The position numbers and the translations under genes were made by a program. Shown here piece after piece: positions 16,414-27,001 of a stretch of DNA of 64,000 nucleotides. Every line of letters starts with the position of its first letter. The first letter of the stretch is position 1. The DNA lies in the IMG/VR virus record IMGVR_UViG_3300045996_002337, positions 248,001-312,000 of that record; one strand, 5' to 3'. Under the pieces are notes generated by a model, which was not told the DNA's origin, did not search any database, and saw only the letters and a program-made list of their open reading frames with translations.

Positions 16414-17308
16414 TGCTGTTGCTGAAGGCGTAGCGCAGCTCGTTAGGGCAGGTGGATTCGGTCAACACCGTTTCAAAATCTGCACCGTTTGCGATGGCCA
16501 TCGTGGCGATCACAATTTCTGTCAGATACTTGCGATTGCGCAAGAAGATGGCGTTCGGACCTAGCATCTCTGTCCAGCTTTCGCGAACACCGCGGTTGCT
16601 AACACCGTGCTCAACGACGATGTGAAAGACCTTGAACTTTTGCTGGGCGGCTCGCAGACTGGCCTCAGGAGAAGCGCCTTCGTAATTACCTGGGCCAAAA
16701 ATGATCTCGAGGTCACGCTTCGAGACGTCCTGAAACGGAGCTGGCTCATCACCGAACGTGAAGAGGAAGCCCTTACGGCCCTGCTTTTCAAAGCCTTCGA
16801 GATATGTGTGGTGACCAGCAAAATACCAAGCAAGGTCGTACGACTCGGAGCCATTGCCACCGCCATTACCGACCAGCCACATTTGACGAAGCTGTTCGAC
16901 GATCCGCAGATCTGGTTCGAAGTACGAAACCTGCAGCGCTCCATGGCCCTGAGCGAAGACATCATCGATGCCCATGAACATGACATGCGGGTCAGATACG
17001 ATACCCGTTTCATGAATGCGCGTCATGAGCTTTGGGAGCTCTTCCTTCGCGATCTGCTCTGCAACCGAGCCCATCGAACCTGTCACGTCTAGACCGAGAA
17101 TGATCGGAGTCGGATTCGGGTTCGAGTCGCTGATGATGCTTTCGCGAAGCTGCAGCCCCGTGCGCTCGCCCTTGCCTACCTTGACATTGCGCGGATCAAG
17201 CTTCTCATTCACCCGGTGCGCAAAGACTTCATCGCGCGACTTCGATACGTAGTTTGTGCTACGCGCATACGACGTGTAGTCGTCATTGTTCCAGCGGCTG
17301 TTACCCAT
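16403..17308 (-). CDS. vWA-domain protein
   Basis: LDVTGSMG MIDAS motif, GGGNGSESY, FTFGDE. Confidence 0.85.
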   Translation of the reverse strand: MGNSRWNNDDYTSYARSTNYVSKSRDEVFAHRVNEKLDPRNVKVGKGERTGLQLRESIISDSNPNPTPIILGLDVTGSMGSVAEQIAKEELPKLMTRIHETGIVSDPHVMFMGIDDVFAQGHGALQVSYFEPDLRIVEQLRQMWLVGNGGGNGSESYDLAWYFAGHHTYLEGFEKQGRKGFLFTFGDEPAPFQDVSKRDLEIIFGPGNYEGASPEASLRAAQQKFKVFHIVVEHGVSNRGVRESWTEMLGPNAIFLRNRKYLTEIVIATMAIANGADFETVLTESTCPNELRYAFSNSIGV

Positions 17309-17310
17309 GT

Positions 17311-17775
17311 TTATTCCTTTTCGTTTTTTGCGGCAAACTTTCGCGCTAGCCGCTCATTCACACGTTGCATTCCGTGCACCTTGATGGTAGGAGCTCTCAT
17401 GAACTCGTCTTCTTGACTAGACCACACCTTCGATATCTTGCACACGACAACTGAATCTTGACCGTCTTCCTCTGACCACTTTTTCATCAGTTCCCTGATC
17501 TGGTGGCATTCTGTCGAAGTAACGCTTCCAAGCTTTTGTCGACCATTATGCAGCATCACCGCATGCGAGTCATACTTGTTATTGATGTCGGAGACGAGGT
17601 AAAGGTGCTGATCGAAGTAGTCGGGAAGTAGTGACGTGTTGTACAGTTCGCGATGTGCCCCTTTGTAGAACCGCATGCCGACGATTGTGACTGAGTTCAG
17701 AATTCGATGCTCTGACTCAGTCAGATCGCGAAGCCCACTGTGAAACTTCGCGTCTGCATCGCTGTCGTCGGTCAG
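17311..17775 (-). CDS. HIRAN-domain protein (start uncertain; CTG overlapping upstream stop, or ATG 17676)
   Basis: VTIVGMRFY...DINNKYDSHAV...KLG. Confidence 0.6.
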   Translation of the reverse strand: MTDDSDADAKFHSGLRDLTESEHRILNSVTIVGMRFYKGAHRELYNTSLLPDYFDQHLYLVSDINNKYDSHAVMLHNGRQKLGSVTSTECHQIRELMKKWSEEDGQDSVVVCKISKVWSSQEDEFMRAPTIKVHGMQRVNERLARKFAAKNEKE

Positions 17776-18509
17776 CCCCTGAAAGGGCCGTTGCCGCTCT
17801 TCTTGCCGAAAGGGCTGTTGCCGCCCATCATCTGCATCATCATCATGGCTTGCATCATGTTGCCGTTGCCGCCTTCACCGCCGCCCATAGCGGACATCAG
17901 CATGATTGGCATCAGCTTTTCCATGTCGATGTTGCCTTCGCCGCCGCTCATGGCCGACATCTGCATCATCATCATGAGGTTGCTTTGCATACCGCCCAGG
18001 GCCTTGTCGCCGCCAGGAAGCATGGTCATCAACGAGCGAATCACCATGACACCGTTGTCGCCCATGCCGAGCAGCGAGACCTTCGGTGGCTTCCAAGTGG
18101 TGCGCTGACCGTCGACCTTCATCAGGACGAATTGGACGTTGGTGCGGTCTTCTTCAGTCGAACCACCAGCAGGCTTGCGCTTCGCAACGGTTGATCCAGT
18201 TGGCTTGACGCCGTACTTGATGTCAATCACCCAGCCTGGCTTTTCAGAAGCACCGAAGAAGATCAGATCTCCAACGTTGACGCTCGACACTGGCGTCGAC
18301 TGTGCGAACGCAGGAACTTCCATGCCGAACTGGTCGAACATGTTGATCTGGACTTCAGCGTCATCGCCGCTGCCAACGAGGGTGGAGATGCCTTCTTTCG
18401 AAGAGACACCAACACTGCCCGACATCAGGTCCCACACGACACCTTCGGCACGGCGGAAAAGGCGGTTCATCATCTTGTCACTGCCAGGGAATTGCATACC
18501 GTTCATCAT
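17772..18509 (-). CDS. Hypothetical protein with Met/Gly-rich C-terminus
   Basis: AAGGAG SD; MMMMMQM repeats. Confidence 0.75.
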   Translation of the reverse strand: MMNGMQFPGSDKMMNRLFRRAEGVVWDLMSGSVGVSSKEGISTLVGSGDDAEVQINMFDQFGMEVPAFAQSTPVSSVNVGDLIFFGASEKPGWVIDIKYGVKPTGSTVAKRKPAGGSTEEDRTNVQFVLMKVDGQRTTWKPPKVSLLGMGDNGVMVIRSLMTMLPGGDKALGGMQSNLMMMMQMSAMSGGEGNIDMEKLMPIMLMSAMGGGEGGNGNMMQAMMMMQMMGGNSPFGKKSGNGPFRG

Positions 18510-18558
18510 TTTCTCCTTAAGTTGTCTCGAAAGTTGAGAGGGCTTCGAGGCGTTGCCC

Positions 18559-19668
18559 TTAGTCCTTAATCATGCCGAGCATGGTGTCCAAGATCGCGTG
18601 GTGATCTTCGAACCAGTTTTGGCTGTTGGCCCGCGCTTCATGAATAGGCAACCAGAAAGCTTTTGCGGTTTCTACCACTGCTTTGCCACCCGTTTCATGA
18701 AGCGGTGCATTCTGTCCCTTGACCTTTGGTAGTGGTTTTGTGTCATCGAGTCGAATCAGAAAGGCGGTAGTGATGGTGCGTCCGCGGAGACTTCGATCAG
18801 GGTGATCAAAGATTTCCTTTGCACGAATCGAGCCACGCAGAATACCTTCTGGTACCTTGATGCCAGTTTCTTCAACCAGCTCACGAATCGCCGCGCTTTG
18901 AAGACGTTCACTTTGATCCACGAAGCCACCAGGCAGCGCCCACAGGCCTTTGCCTGGCAGAGCACCGCGCTCAACAACCAGCACGTGACCAGATTGAATC
19001 ACAACGTTATCAACCGTCACGAAGGTCGGAGCATACGGTGCCGCCTTCCAAGCCGACTTGTACTTCTCGATGAAGTCGTATTCATCTTGAAGCTGATCGT
19101 ACGCCTCAGATTCAAGAAACTTGACAAGGAGGAATTTGTACGTGACAGGCGGTACATCTTTCCACGCCGGAGGTGACATATCCCAAATGCTGCTGCGCTC
19201 GAAGAGGCGTCTGCGAAGAGCAGTAGCGCTGAGGTCGCGGCCTTCTGGCACCTTCGGCAGCAGATCGCTCTTCCACTGCGGGAACGCGGAGAGGTACCAG
19301 GTCGAGTCGTCTCGATCAGAGCCGGTCAGCCGAATTTCAACTTCATCACGTTTAAGCCGGGCTTCATCAATGGCACGATAGACCTGCTCTTGAACCGATT
19401 GAATCCACTTCGCGTCGTTGTACGGCTGATCAGCCAATGGGCAGACCTTAAAATGACCATCGTAGTTCGCGCCAACTTTCCAGCGCTGAATCAATAATTC
19501 GCGTTCCTCATACGTGAATGGATTCTTGATCGTGCGCGCTTGGTGCGCGGAACCTACGAGAACGACGACGAGGTCCGATTGAGCCAGTGCGTGCTCAAGA
19601 ACGTGGACGTGTCCGAGGTGGAGAGGTTGGAAGCGACCGATGTAGACGGTCACGATTTTGTTTGCCAT
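18559..19668 (-). CDS. nadM: Bifunctional NMN adenylyltransferase / Nudix ADP-ribose pyrophosphatase
   Basis: GRFQPLHLGH, NPFT, SAT, Nudix box GGF..E...AAIRELVEETG, FEDH. Confidence 0.95.
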   Translation of the reverse strand: MANKIVTVYIGRFQPLHLGHVHVLEHALAQSDLVVVLVGSAHQARTIKNPFTYEERELLIQRWKVGANYDGHFKVCPLADQPYNDAKWIQSVQEQVYRAIDEARLKRDEVEIRLTGSDRDDSTWYLSAFPQWKSDLLPKVPEGRDLSATALRRRLFERSSIWDMSPPAWKDVPPVTYKFLLVKFLESEAYDQLQDEYDFIEKYKSAWKAAPYAPTFVTVDNVVIQSGHVLVVERGALPGKGLWALPGGFVDQSERLQSAAIRELVEETGIKVPEGILRGSIRAKEIFDHPDRSLRGRTITTAFLIRLDDTKPLPKVKGQNAPLHETGGKAVVETAKAFWLPIHEARANSQNWFEDHHAILDTMLGMIKD

Positions 19669-20019
19669 ATCGAACTCCTCGAATAGCGGTTTGAAAGAGT
19701 AGGCGTCTATCGCTTACTCGACTTTATTTATTGTAACTCCTAGTAGAGGTACAATTAAATTGTTGTAGGTTGAACGATGTTGGCAGCCTTGAGCAATCGA
19801 CCACGACCATCTTGAGAGTGATACACGTAGAAGGTGACTTCCTCACCAATCTTTGGCCACTTGGAATAATCAATCCAAGTGGCGTATTGCACGCCATCTA
19901 TCGTCATCACCTGATTTCCCGCCCCTCCAAACGTAAGGTCGATTTTCTCGAGCTTACCCATGAGGTACTTCGGCGCAGCTGGCTTCGTGCTAAACAGATT
20001 TCGGAGGAAGTTGATCATG

Positions 20020-20601
20020 TTACTCGGCCTGCAGCGTTTCGGTTGAAGCCTCGGTGCGGGTGACTGCAACTCGGCGGACGGTGGCGCCACCGGCAGTTTT
20101 CTGGATCGTGACGTTCGGGTCCTTCTTCACCGTCTTCTTGACAGTTCCGGCGGCTTTCTTGACCGTGGTCTTTGCCTTCGTCACCGTCTCTTGAATGCTG
20201 CCGGTTTTGTTGTTACCACGATTTGCCTTGGTGGGGACGCCACTCTTGCTCGTCAGGCGTCCACCGACGATGCGCGACAGCTCGATGAGTTCCTTCTTGA
20301 CCGAGCGGAAATTGCTGGAGGACTTGGCAGCTTGAGCGGCTGCAACAAGCTTGGCTTCATTCGGCTTGATGAAGTCTGGGTTGACGAAGTTGTAAAGGCG
20401 AGGAATGGTGAAGTCGACGGCCCCGAGTTGATCGGTTTCGCTGACAATGATCTCAACGTCATTCCATTGCGCGGCATGATCGGCAGGACGGTGATCTTTC
20501 CAATACCCGATGTGCATCTCGGGAATCAGCACGTCCTTGAGCAAGGCGGCTTGAACGATGGACGAGACATAAAGTTTTTTGGTGGTCATGGTAATCCTCA
20601 A
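20020..20601 (-). CDS. Hypothetical protein with Lys/Thr/Ala-rich basic tail
   Basis: ORF, KKAAGTVKKTVKK. Confidence 0.7.
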   Translation of the reverse strand: MRITMTTKKLYVSSIVQAALLKDVLIPEMHIGYWKDHRPADHAAQWNDVEIIVSETDQLGAVDFTIPRLYNFVNPDFIKPNEAKLVAAAQAAKSSSNFRSVKKELIELSRIVGGRLTSKSGVPTKANRGNNKTGSIQETVTKAKTTVKKAAGTVKKTVKKDPNVTIQKTAGGATVRRVAVTRTEASTETLQAE

Positions 20602-21142
20602 AGTTGGTGTTACGCAACCAGCTTGGTTGCTTGAGACAATTCTATCACGCTTTTACAGGTTAGTGTTGTTCAACCTGAATTAAGCGGTGCGGCCCAGCTT
20701 CTTGTCGATGTTCACCATCTTTCGGGCGAGGGCAAGAAGATCTTCTTGCCGACCTTGGATGGCCGCATTTGACTTGCCAACTGGAGAGCTCTTCAGCTCT
20801 TCAATTTGGAGCTGAATTCGCTCACGTTGTGTGAGAAGCTTCTCGCGTTCATTGGAAGCGGGTCGACCGTTTTGCGTGTCTGCGAGCCAGGTCATAGAAC
20901 TTCCAGTTTGTTTTGCATAAGCAATTATAACACAACCTGCATTTACTGTACATGCCATTTAATGCGAAGTGGCGCATTAAGCAGTGCAGGTCTATTACGA
21001 TTGAGAATCTTCTTTGCATCCTCCATCGCTGATTCGACGCTGTTGAAGCGCTGCGCCGAATCCATTTCCTCAATGCTCCATGTCCACTTCGTTTGATCCT
21101 TACTCTGGATCACCACTTCAACTTGCGGCACTCGGAACGTGA

Positions 21143-22213
21143 TCATTTGCGCTTTGCCTCCCGCTTGATAGCTGCCAGTGCAGATGGGTGCACCGCCCAT
21201 TTAACGCGTTCAATGTCCAGTGGATCTACATCACGCCACTTTGGGTGACCTGACGCTTGAAGTTGATCAATGTTCCGGGTGATGCAGGTAACGAGATTGC
21301 CAATTTCCTTCTGGTACTGATTCTTGTACGCGAAGGTAGCAAGCACGTTGTTCACCTTGTACGTCGAGATTGGTGTACCTTGCCAAGGATAGGTTCCTGT
21401 AGGGAGCATTGCCTTTGTGTAGAAGCCAAACTTATCGAGAGCGGGGTGTTGGATAGGAATCAACTTCACACCGTTTGCACCAGACAGAACGCGAATCGGT
21501 TGGCCAGCAACGATAAACTCCACATCCGCAGCACCGGTTTGGACGGCCTTCAGACCCGCAGCCTGTGATAGGTTACCTTCAACGGTTTCCCACTGAATGC
21601 CAGTTTGCTGCTTGATCAGCTGAACAGTCACCCAAGTTCCAGAACCTTCTGGACCTTCAACCACGCGCTTACCAGCGAGGTCGGCCAAGGAATTGATAGG
21701 AGAACCATTTGCAACAATTGCGTGCACCTCCACTGAAAAGAATGGAAAAACAGCAACTACGCGCGACATCATCTTTGGATCAATCTTCTGCTGATATGCG
21801 AGGGCGTCCTCTTGCGCGATACCAAACTGTGAGTTAGGATCAGTGTAGATCTTGTTGATGTTGTCGATTGAGCCGTCACTGATGACATTACGAAGCGGGT
21901 AGTCATCAGTAGAACAGGCTTTTACGATGTCCTCAGCCATGGGCCAATTCGTACCGGTTTTTTGACCCGAGGCAATGCCGGCGCCGGGAAGCTTGCCACC
22001 TGCGTTCAGGACCGGCATTTGCGGCTGAGGTTGCGGCTGAGGTTGCGGCTCGACGTTAGGCGCCACCATAATGGCTGGTGCTACCGGTGCAGTCGCGACG
22101 ATTGCAGCCGTGTCAGCTTGCGTTTTTGGCATGAACTTGTAAGCGACGAACCCAAGAAGGGCCACAACGCTTCCAACAATGATTGCCTTGGGAAGAGTCT
22201 TTAGCTTTGCCAT
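21143..22213 (-). CDS. TAXI-family TRAP solute-binding protein
   Basis: SDGSIDNI, GIAQED, LADLAGKRV..GPEGSGT; PQ-repeat linker. Confidence 0.8.
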   Translation of the reverse strand: MAKLKTLPKAIIVGSVVALLGFVAYKFMPKTQADTAAIVATAPVAPAIMVAPNVEPQPQPQPQPQMPVLNAGGKLPGAGIASGQKTGTNWPMAEDIVKACSTDDYPLRNVISDGSIDNINKIYTDPNSQFGIAQEDALAYQQKIDPKMMSRVVAVFPFFSVEVHAIVANGSPINSLADLAGKRVVEGPEGSGTWVTVQLIKQQTGIQWETVEGNLSQAAGLKAVQTGAADVEFIVAGQPIRVLSGANGVKLIPIQHPALDKFGFYTKAMLPTGTYPWQGTPISTYKVNNVLATFAYKNQYQKEIGNLVTCITRNIDQLQASGHPKWRDVDPLDIERVKWAVHPSALAAIKREAKRK

Positions 22214-22225
22214 ATTTCTCCTGTT

Positions 22226-23011
22226 TTACAAAGTTTTGAAAAGTTCTTTCAGCTCATGCACCGTCGGCCAGAACTGTGGGTGATTTTCAACATCAGGGTG
22301 CCAAGCAAGGCCTCGTTCGATGAGGTCAAACTGCTTGACAACCGTCGCACCAGGTTTTCCCTCTTCACGACCCATCACCCAAATGGTGTCTGCAATTTGA
22401 ACTGCAGATTCAAGATCGTGCGTGGTGAAGACAGTCGTGTTCAGCTCATCGACCAGATTCACTTCATTGATCAGCGCGCAGACCTTATCCTTCGCGACCA
22501 CGTCAAGACCTGAGAACGGTTCGTCCATCAGCAGGAAGTGCTTTGAGCCAAGCATCTGTTGAATGATCGCGATACGCTGGCGTTGACCACCAGACAGCTG
22601 GAGCGGGTATTTCTTTGCGTGTTGCTCAAGTCCAAAGCGGCTAAGCAGTTCATGAATTCGATCGTTGTCCTTCGACACCAGCTGCAGATTCCCCTCGATC
22701 GTCCGATGTTGAAGCAGCGGGTAGTTCTGCTGAACAACACCAACAACTCCAGCCGGAACAGGGTCCTTCGAGTCATGAATGCGCACCATACCAGCTGAGG
22801 GCCGCTGCATGCCAGCAATGCAGCGAAAGAGCTGGGTCTTACCGCAGCCCGATGGGCCGAGGAGGGCGATGCACTGGCCCTGATTCATACCAGGACGAAC
22901 GATGTTGTCGACCTGCAGATTAATGTCGCGAAGGATTTGTTTATCTCCGTACGACAGATTGAGACCTTCAACGGTGAGCAGGCGCTCTTTGCGTTCGTAT
23001 TGTTGTTTCAC
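22226..23011 (-). CDS. ABC transporter ATPase (NitT/TauT type)
   Basis: GPSGCGKT, LSGGQRQR, LLMDEPFSGLD, TTHD. Confidence 0.93.
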   Translation of the reverse strand: MKQQYERKERLLTVEGLNLSYGDKQILRDINLQVDNIVRPGMNQGQCIALLGPSGCGKTQLFRCIAGMQRPSAGMVRIHDSKDPVPAGVVGVVQQNYPLLQHRTIEGNLQLVSKDNDRIHELLSRFGLEQHAKKYPLQLSGGQRQRIAIIQQMLGSKHFLLMDEPFSGLDVVAKDKVCALINEVNLVDELNTTVFTTHDLESAVQIADTIWVMGREEGKPGATVVKQFDLIERGLAWHPDVENHPQFWPTVHELKELFKTL

Positions 23012-23526
23012 TTAACACCTCGTTGTTCCAAGTACACGACAAGCTTTTGCACCGTGTTGTGCTCCTCGAGGAAGAGGTATGGAGTGCAGGGGATGGCAAT
23101 GTCAAATTCGAATGCCAGATCTTCCACCAACTCACCATACGCGAAATAGTCACCTTCGAAGCCGGGCTTCATGTACTCGGTAAGATCTTCATCGGGCTTC
23201 ACGTCGCTGAGGCCGAGGCTGATCGCCACAGTTTCTGCAACGCGGTCAGTCAGAGACCGATCCTCATTCTCCACAGCTCCCATGTTCTGCATCAGGATGT
23301 AGCGAACAAGCGCCTGAATCACAACGCCCTTTTCTTGCGCCAGCTTTTGAAGCCGCTCGTGTTCCTGAGTCGTCACGTAGATCGGTGGCAGCTGCGCCAA
23401 ACCAAGAGCGGCGCCAATTTGTTCTTCAATCTCTTTCGACGCCCGTGTGGGGATAAGTCCCTTGAGCTTGTGAACTTCTTCAATGAGAGTGTCAAGCCGT
23501 TCGCCGATGGTAAGTTTCTTAGTCAT
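23008..23526 (-). CDS. Hypothetical protein with acyl-carrier-like C-terminal half
   Basis: ELVEDLAFEFDIAIP...TVQKLVVYLE resembles the ACP fold but lacks the DSL serine. Confidence 0.45.
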   Translation of the reverse strand: MTKKLTIGERLDTLIEEVHKLKGLIPTRASKEIEEQIGAALGLAQLPPIYVTTQEHERLQKLAQEKGVVIQALVRYILMQNMGAVENEDRSLTDRVAETVAISLGLSDVKPDEDLTEYMKPGFEGDYFAYGELVEDLAFEFDIAIPCTPYLFLEEHNTVQKLVVYLEQRGVK

Positions 23527-23562
23527 GATGAATTATAACCTACGTTGACACTAGCTTGTTGA

Positions 23563-24375
23563 TTACTTGCCAAGAACGACAGGGACCTGGCCAATAACGC
23601 AGGTGGATTTCGAGCACGCTTCACTGAACCGCTTGATCTGCTCAAGCTGAATGAACTGCTCGGGCGAGAGACCGATCGCATTGCGATATGCGTTGTCAGC
23701 ATCTGCCTTGGCAACCTGCTCCTTCTTCCGCTGAATTTCAGCAGCTTCTGCTTCAATGAGGGTCTTCTTGCGTTGCTGTTGCGCGGCCGTTTCATTCATC
23801 TGCGCGAGGACGTTCGCGTTAGGCTTTGCACGCCCGAGCGATACGCCGATGATTTTGAGCGGCAGTTTCGATTCGATGACGAGCTTCTGCAGAGCCAACG
23901 TAACTTCAGAGTCGACGTCATTTGCTGCAGCGACATCTGACATCATCTGGGTCATGGTCTTCTTCTTGACAGCTTCACGAACGATGGACATGTACTGTCG
24001 CTCGACGTTCGCCGCAAACCAATCTTGTGTACCGAAGTTCTTCACGAGAGAGACCGCATCTGTGAACTGATATTGAATAGTGGATTCAAAGTCGAGGAGA
24101 ATGTTGTCAGCCGATGACAGATCGTCGAACTGCACCTGCACGCCCTGCGGCGTCATGCGAACTGCCGTGAGGGACGAAGTTCGGAAAAGCAGAATGCGGC
24201 CGTCTTTCAGAACTTCGTCACGAACGCCAGAGTGGCCGAAGAAGTAGGGTTTGTCGACGATGACACCATGCTGACCAGGTTCAACGACCTCGGTGTGCAT
24301 GAAGAAGATCCACGTAAACACGAAGCCGATGATGGCAAGAGCTGCGACCGACAGAGCCGCGATAACGTATTTCAT
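23563..24375 (-). CDS. SPFH/band-7 membrane protein
   Basis: N-terminal TM, VEPGQHGV, coiled-coil C-terminus. Confidence 0.8.
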   Translation of the reverse strand: MKYVIAALSVAALAIIGFVFTWIFFMHTEVVEPGQHGVIVDKPYFFGHSGVRDEVLKDGRILLFRTSSLTAVRMTPQGVQVQFDDLSSADNILLDFESTIQYQFTDAVSLVKNFGTQDWFAANVERQYMSIVREAVKKKTMTQMMSDVAAANDVDSEVTLALQKLVIESKLPLKIIGVSLGRAKPNANVLAQMNETAAQQQRKKTLIEAEAAEIQRKKEQVAKADADNAYRNAIGLSPEQFIQLEQIKRFSEACSKSTCVIGQVPVVLGK

Positions 24376-24385
24376 TTATTTTCTT

Positions 24386-24685
24386 TCAGAGTTTAGGTTT
24401 GAACGTGTACATGGCAGAGCCGCTTTCATTAAAGGCGGGCTTATCAAAAGTCACCTTCCAACCATAGTTCCCATACAGCAACTCGAAATCAAGCCACTTT
24501 GGATTGAGATACTCAAAGTTGCCGAGCGAGTGCATTTTTTCAGCGACGCGCTCCTTCACTGACGTCAGGGTCAAACTGAACGAAGACGTACCGTTGAAGT
24601 TTTCGTTGATGAGCTCATTGACCGCGTCGATGACGAAATCGGGGATTGGGCGCGAGGCCTCTTGGGGCGTGATTGGTTTAGTCAT
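24386..24685 (-). CDS. Conserved phage hypothetical protein
   Basis: IPDFVIDAVNELI..WLDFE..Y..GWKV.FDKP. Confidence 0.7.
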   Translation of the reverse strand: MTKPITPQEASRPIPDFVIDAVNELINENFNGTSSFSLTLTSVKERVAEKMHSLGNFEYLNPKWLDFELLYGNYGWKVTFDKPAFNESGSAMYTFKPKL

Positions 24686-25077
24686 AATGCCATTATAACC
24701 TGTTCGGGTGAAAAAGGTTCACCAACGAATAACAATTGCGTAGTGCTGATAGAGAGGGCCAGGTTGAAAGCCATCTACGTCATCAACCGCCAACCCGCGT
24801 GGAACATACGCGTTACCGAGCTTTTCAAGGGTAGCGCCGTAGCCGAGTGCCTTCAGCTTCTCAATTAACACCTTCATGAATGGTGACACTTCGACGCTAT
24901 CATATGGCCCAGCATCAATGCTGATCTTGTCATAGGGCATTCCAACTACGTCTGAAAGCACGAGTAACGCAGCACCGGATTTTGCTGCTGCCTTGATAGG
25001 TGCGTCCAGTTTTTCAAGAACGTTCTGTACCGCCGCCTCAGAACGTTCAACAAGGCCACGTGCCTCTTTTGCGGTGA

Positions 25078-25866
25078 TCACCGGTCACTCCTTCCAAGTT
25101 CGCTGTATGGGCATACAAGAGCTCGAAGGAAGTTCAATGCCATGTCCTGTACGATGCCGTAGAACAGAATGGTGAGCTGAATAGCAAACACCGCGCTGAG
25201 GTTGAAGTATTTGGCTTGAACAGCCAACAGCGCACCGATTCCACCGTCACTGCGAACATATGATTCCACCATCACGATCAGCGTCCAACCGATTGCGGCG
25301 TTCTGGCGGAGAAGGTCAAGCATGACGTGAAGACGGCCGCGAACACCCATTTCCCACGTGATCTGCCAGCCGCTGAGACCCAAGCTACGTGCGTAGTCGA
25401 TGCTTTCCAGCGGGATCGATTTGATTTCGTCGACCGTCGACCGCATTAGGAATACCGTCATGCCGAAAGTGAGCATCGCCAGCTTGAGCATTTGACCATC
25501 ACCACCCACCCAGAGGGTAAAGAGGAAGGTGAGACCAGCAAAACCGAGGAAGCGCAGCGAGGCAATGAACGTTCCAGTCGGTTTGAAAATGTCGGCAGTG
25601 GTGAGATAGGCGACGCCAAAGGAAATTAGAGCTGACAGGATTAGAGCCTCCCAGATCACCACTACCGATTTGAAGAGCTCAAGCAGAAGACCGTTGTTGA
25701 GGGCCAACGAGTTCCATGCTTGCGCGATTGAAGAAGGCGAGGGAATGCCTGTGCCATTTGGCAACAGAGTCCAGATGATCGCCATAATGGCAAGCTGTGT
25801 GAGCGCCAGAAACTTCACGCTTAGCTTGCGACCTTGAGAAAAGGGGACGAACATGGATTTGATCAT
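25078..25866 (-). CDS. ABC transporter permease (NitT/TauT type)
   Basis: Multiple TMs, EAA-like IDYARSLG, GGIG. Confidence 0.85.
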   Translation of the reverse strand: MIKSMFVPFSQGRKLSVKFLALTQLAIMAIIWTLLPNGTGIPSPSSIAQAWNSLALNNGLLLELFKSVVVIWEALILSALISFGVAYLTTADIFKPTGTFIASLRFLGFAGLTFLFTLWVGGDGQMLKLAMLTFGMTVFLMRSTVDEIKSIPLESIDYARSLGLSGWQITWEMGVRGRLHVMLDLLRQNAAIGWTLIVMVESYVRSDGGIGALLAVQAKYFNLSAVFAIQLTILFYGIVQDMALNFLRALVCPYSELGRSDR

Positions 25867-26407
25867 TTCTTGCCTTTGAGAGATGCGAGCGTAATTTCAG
25901 GGTCCTTCTCCTGTTTCTTCAGTTGTTGCTGAACGCTCGGGGTGATGAAGCCACCTGGCTCTTCGAGGATGACGTGATTGCCGTCGACCTTCACGAGGCG
26001 GTATGGCTTCATGCTGTGACCCATACCAAACCTATCACCGAAGGCGCGTTGCTCAGCCGACTTCAGCGACTTGTACGCGGCGGCTTTCTGGATGTCGTTC
26101 GTAAAGCACCACTCATATGTGGGTTGATGTTTGGCGTAGTAGCCGCGATCAATCCATTCAACAACGTATTGAACAATCATTTCTTACTTTCGAATGTGCC
26201 CGAACGTACGTTCGAGGGCGATGATGAATACACAGAAAAACCAGCATCCGCCCACAACACCAAATGGAATCCGAATAAGGTCATTATGCGAAAAGATATC
26301 TGCGATGAAAAGCGGAATCATCCAGCCAAGCATTATGGCCAAGAAAATCAAGAACCTTTTTGGTTCCCGCAAGCTATCGAACCACATGTTGAATTTCTTC
26401 ACAGCAA

Positions 26408-26641
26408 CTATCCAACAATTTTCTTAGAACGCACCTGCGCATCTTGTTCTTTTTGTTGAGAGACCGCCGCAACAGCCTCATCGCGTGTTTTGAACCTAAG
26501 TGGATAGGGCAAGGACTCTGATGACGCGAACTGCGTTTCCCATGTTCTCCAAAATAGATAGAGTTCCCATGCGCCTTTTTCTTGCACTGTGTACCATACA
26601 CTTTCACCTTCGCGACGTTCCACAATTCGGTATTTCTTCAT
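26408..26641 (-). CDS. Hypothetical protein (ends in TAG)
   Basis: AAGGA SD; one of few TAG-terminated genes. Confidence 0.65.
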   Translation of the reverse strand: MKKYRIVERREGESVWYTVQEKGAWELYLFWRTWETQFASSESLPYPLRFKTRDEAVAAVSQQKEQDAQVRSKKIVG

Positions 26642-27001
26642 GATGATCCTTAAACGCGATTCACAAAACCGCAGTGCTTACACACATCTTCGAAGCGTGA
26701 ACCCATGAGTGACAGATCACCGCATTCAAAATCATGAGACTCAGTGTCATTACAGATACGCTGTTTGACAAGTGCATCTGCTGTTTCTTGAAGATTTTTA
26801 ATGCGCTCCTGCAGATCAATCAACGCTTTCTGAGTCAACCGAATCTGCTGTTGAACAAACACGGACGAATCTTCAATTTCGCGGGCGAACAGGTTCTTCA
26901 TCATTTGATCCATTGTCTTCCTTCGTTGACTTTCTTCGAGCTAGGCCACATTTGACCCACTTCGAAGAAGGAAGGAGACTTAAGTCTCCTTCCAGCGTCA
27001 C

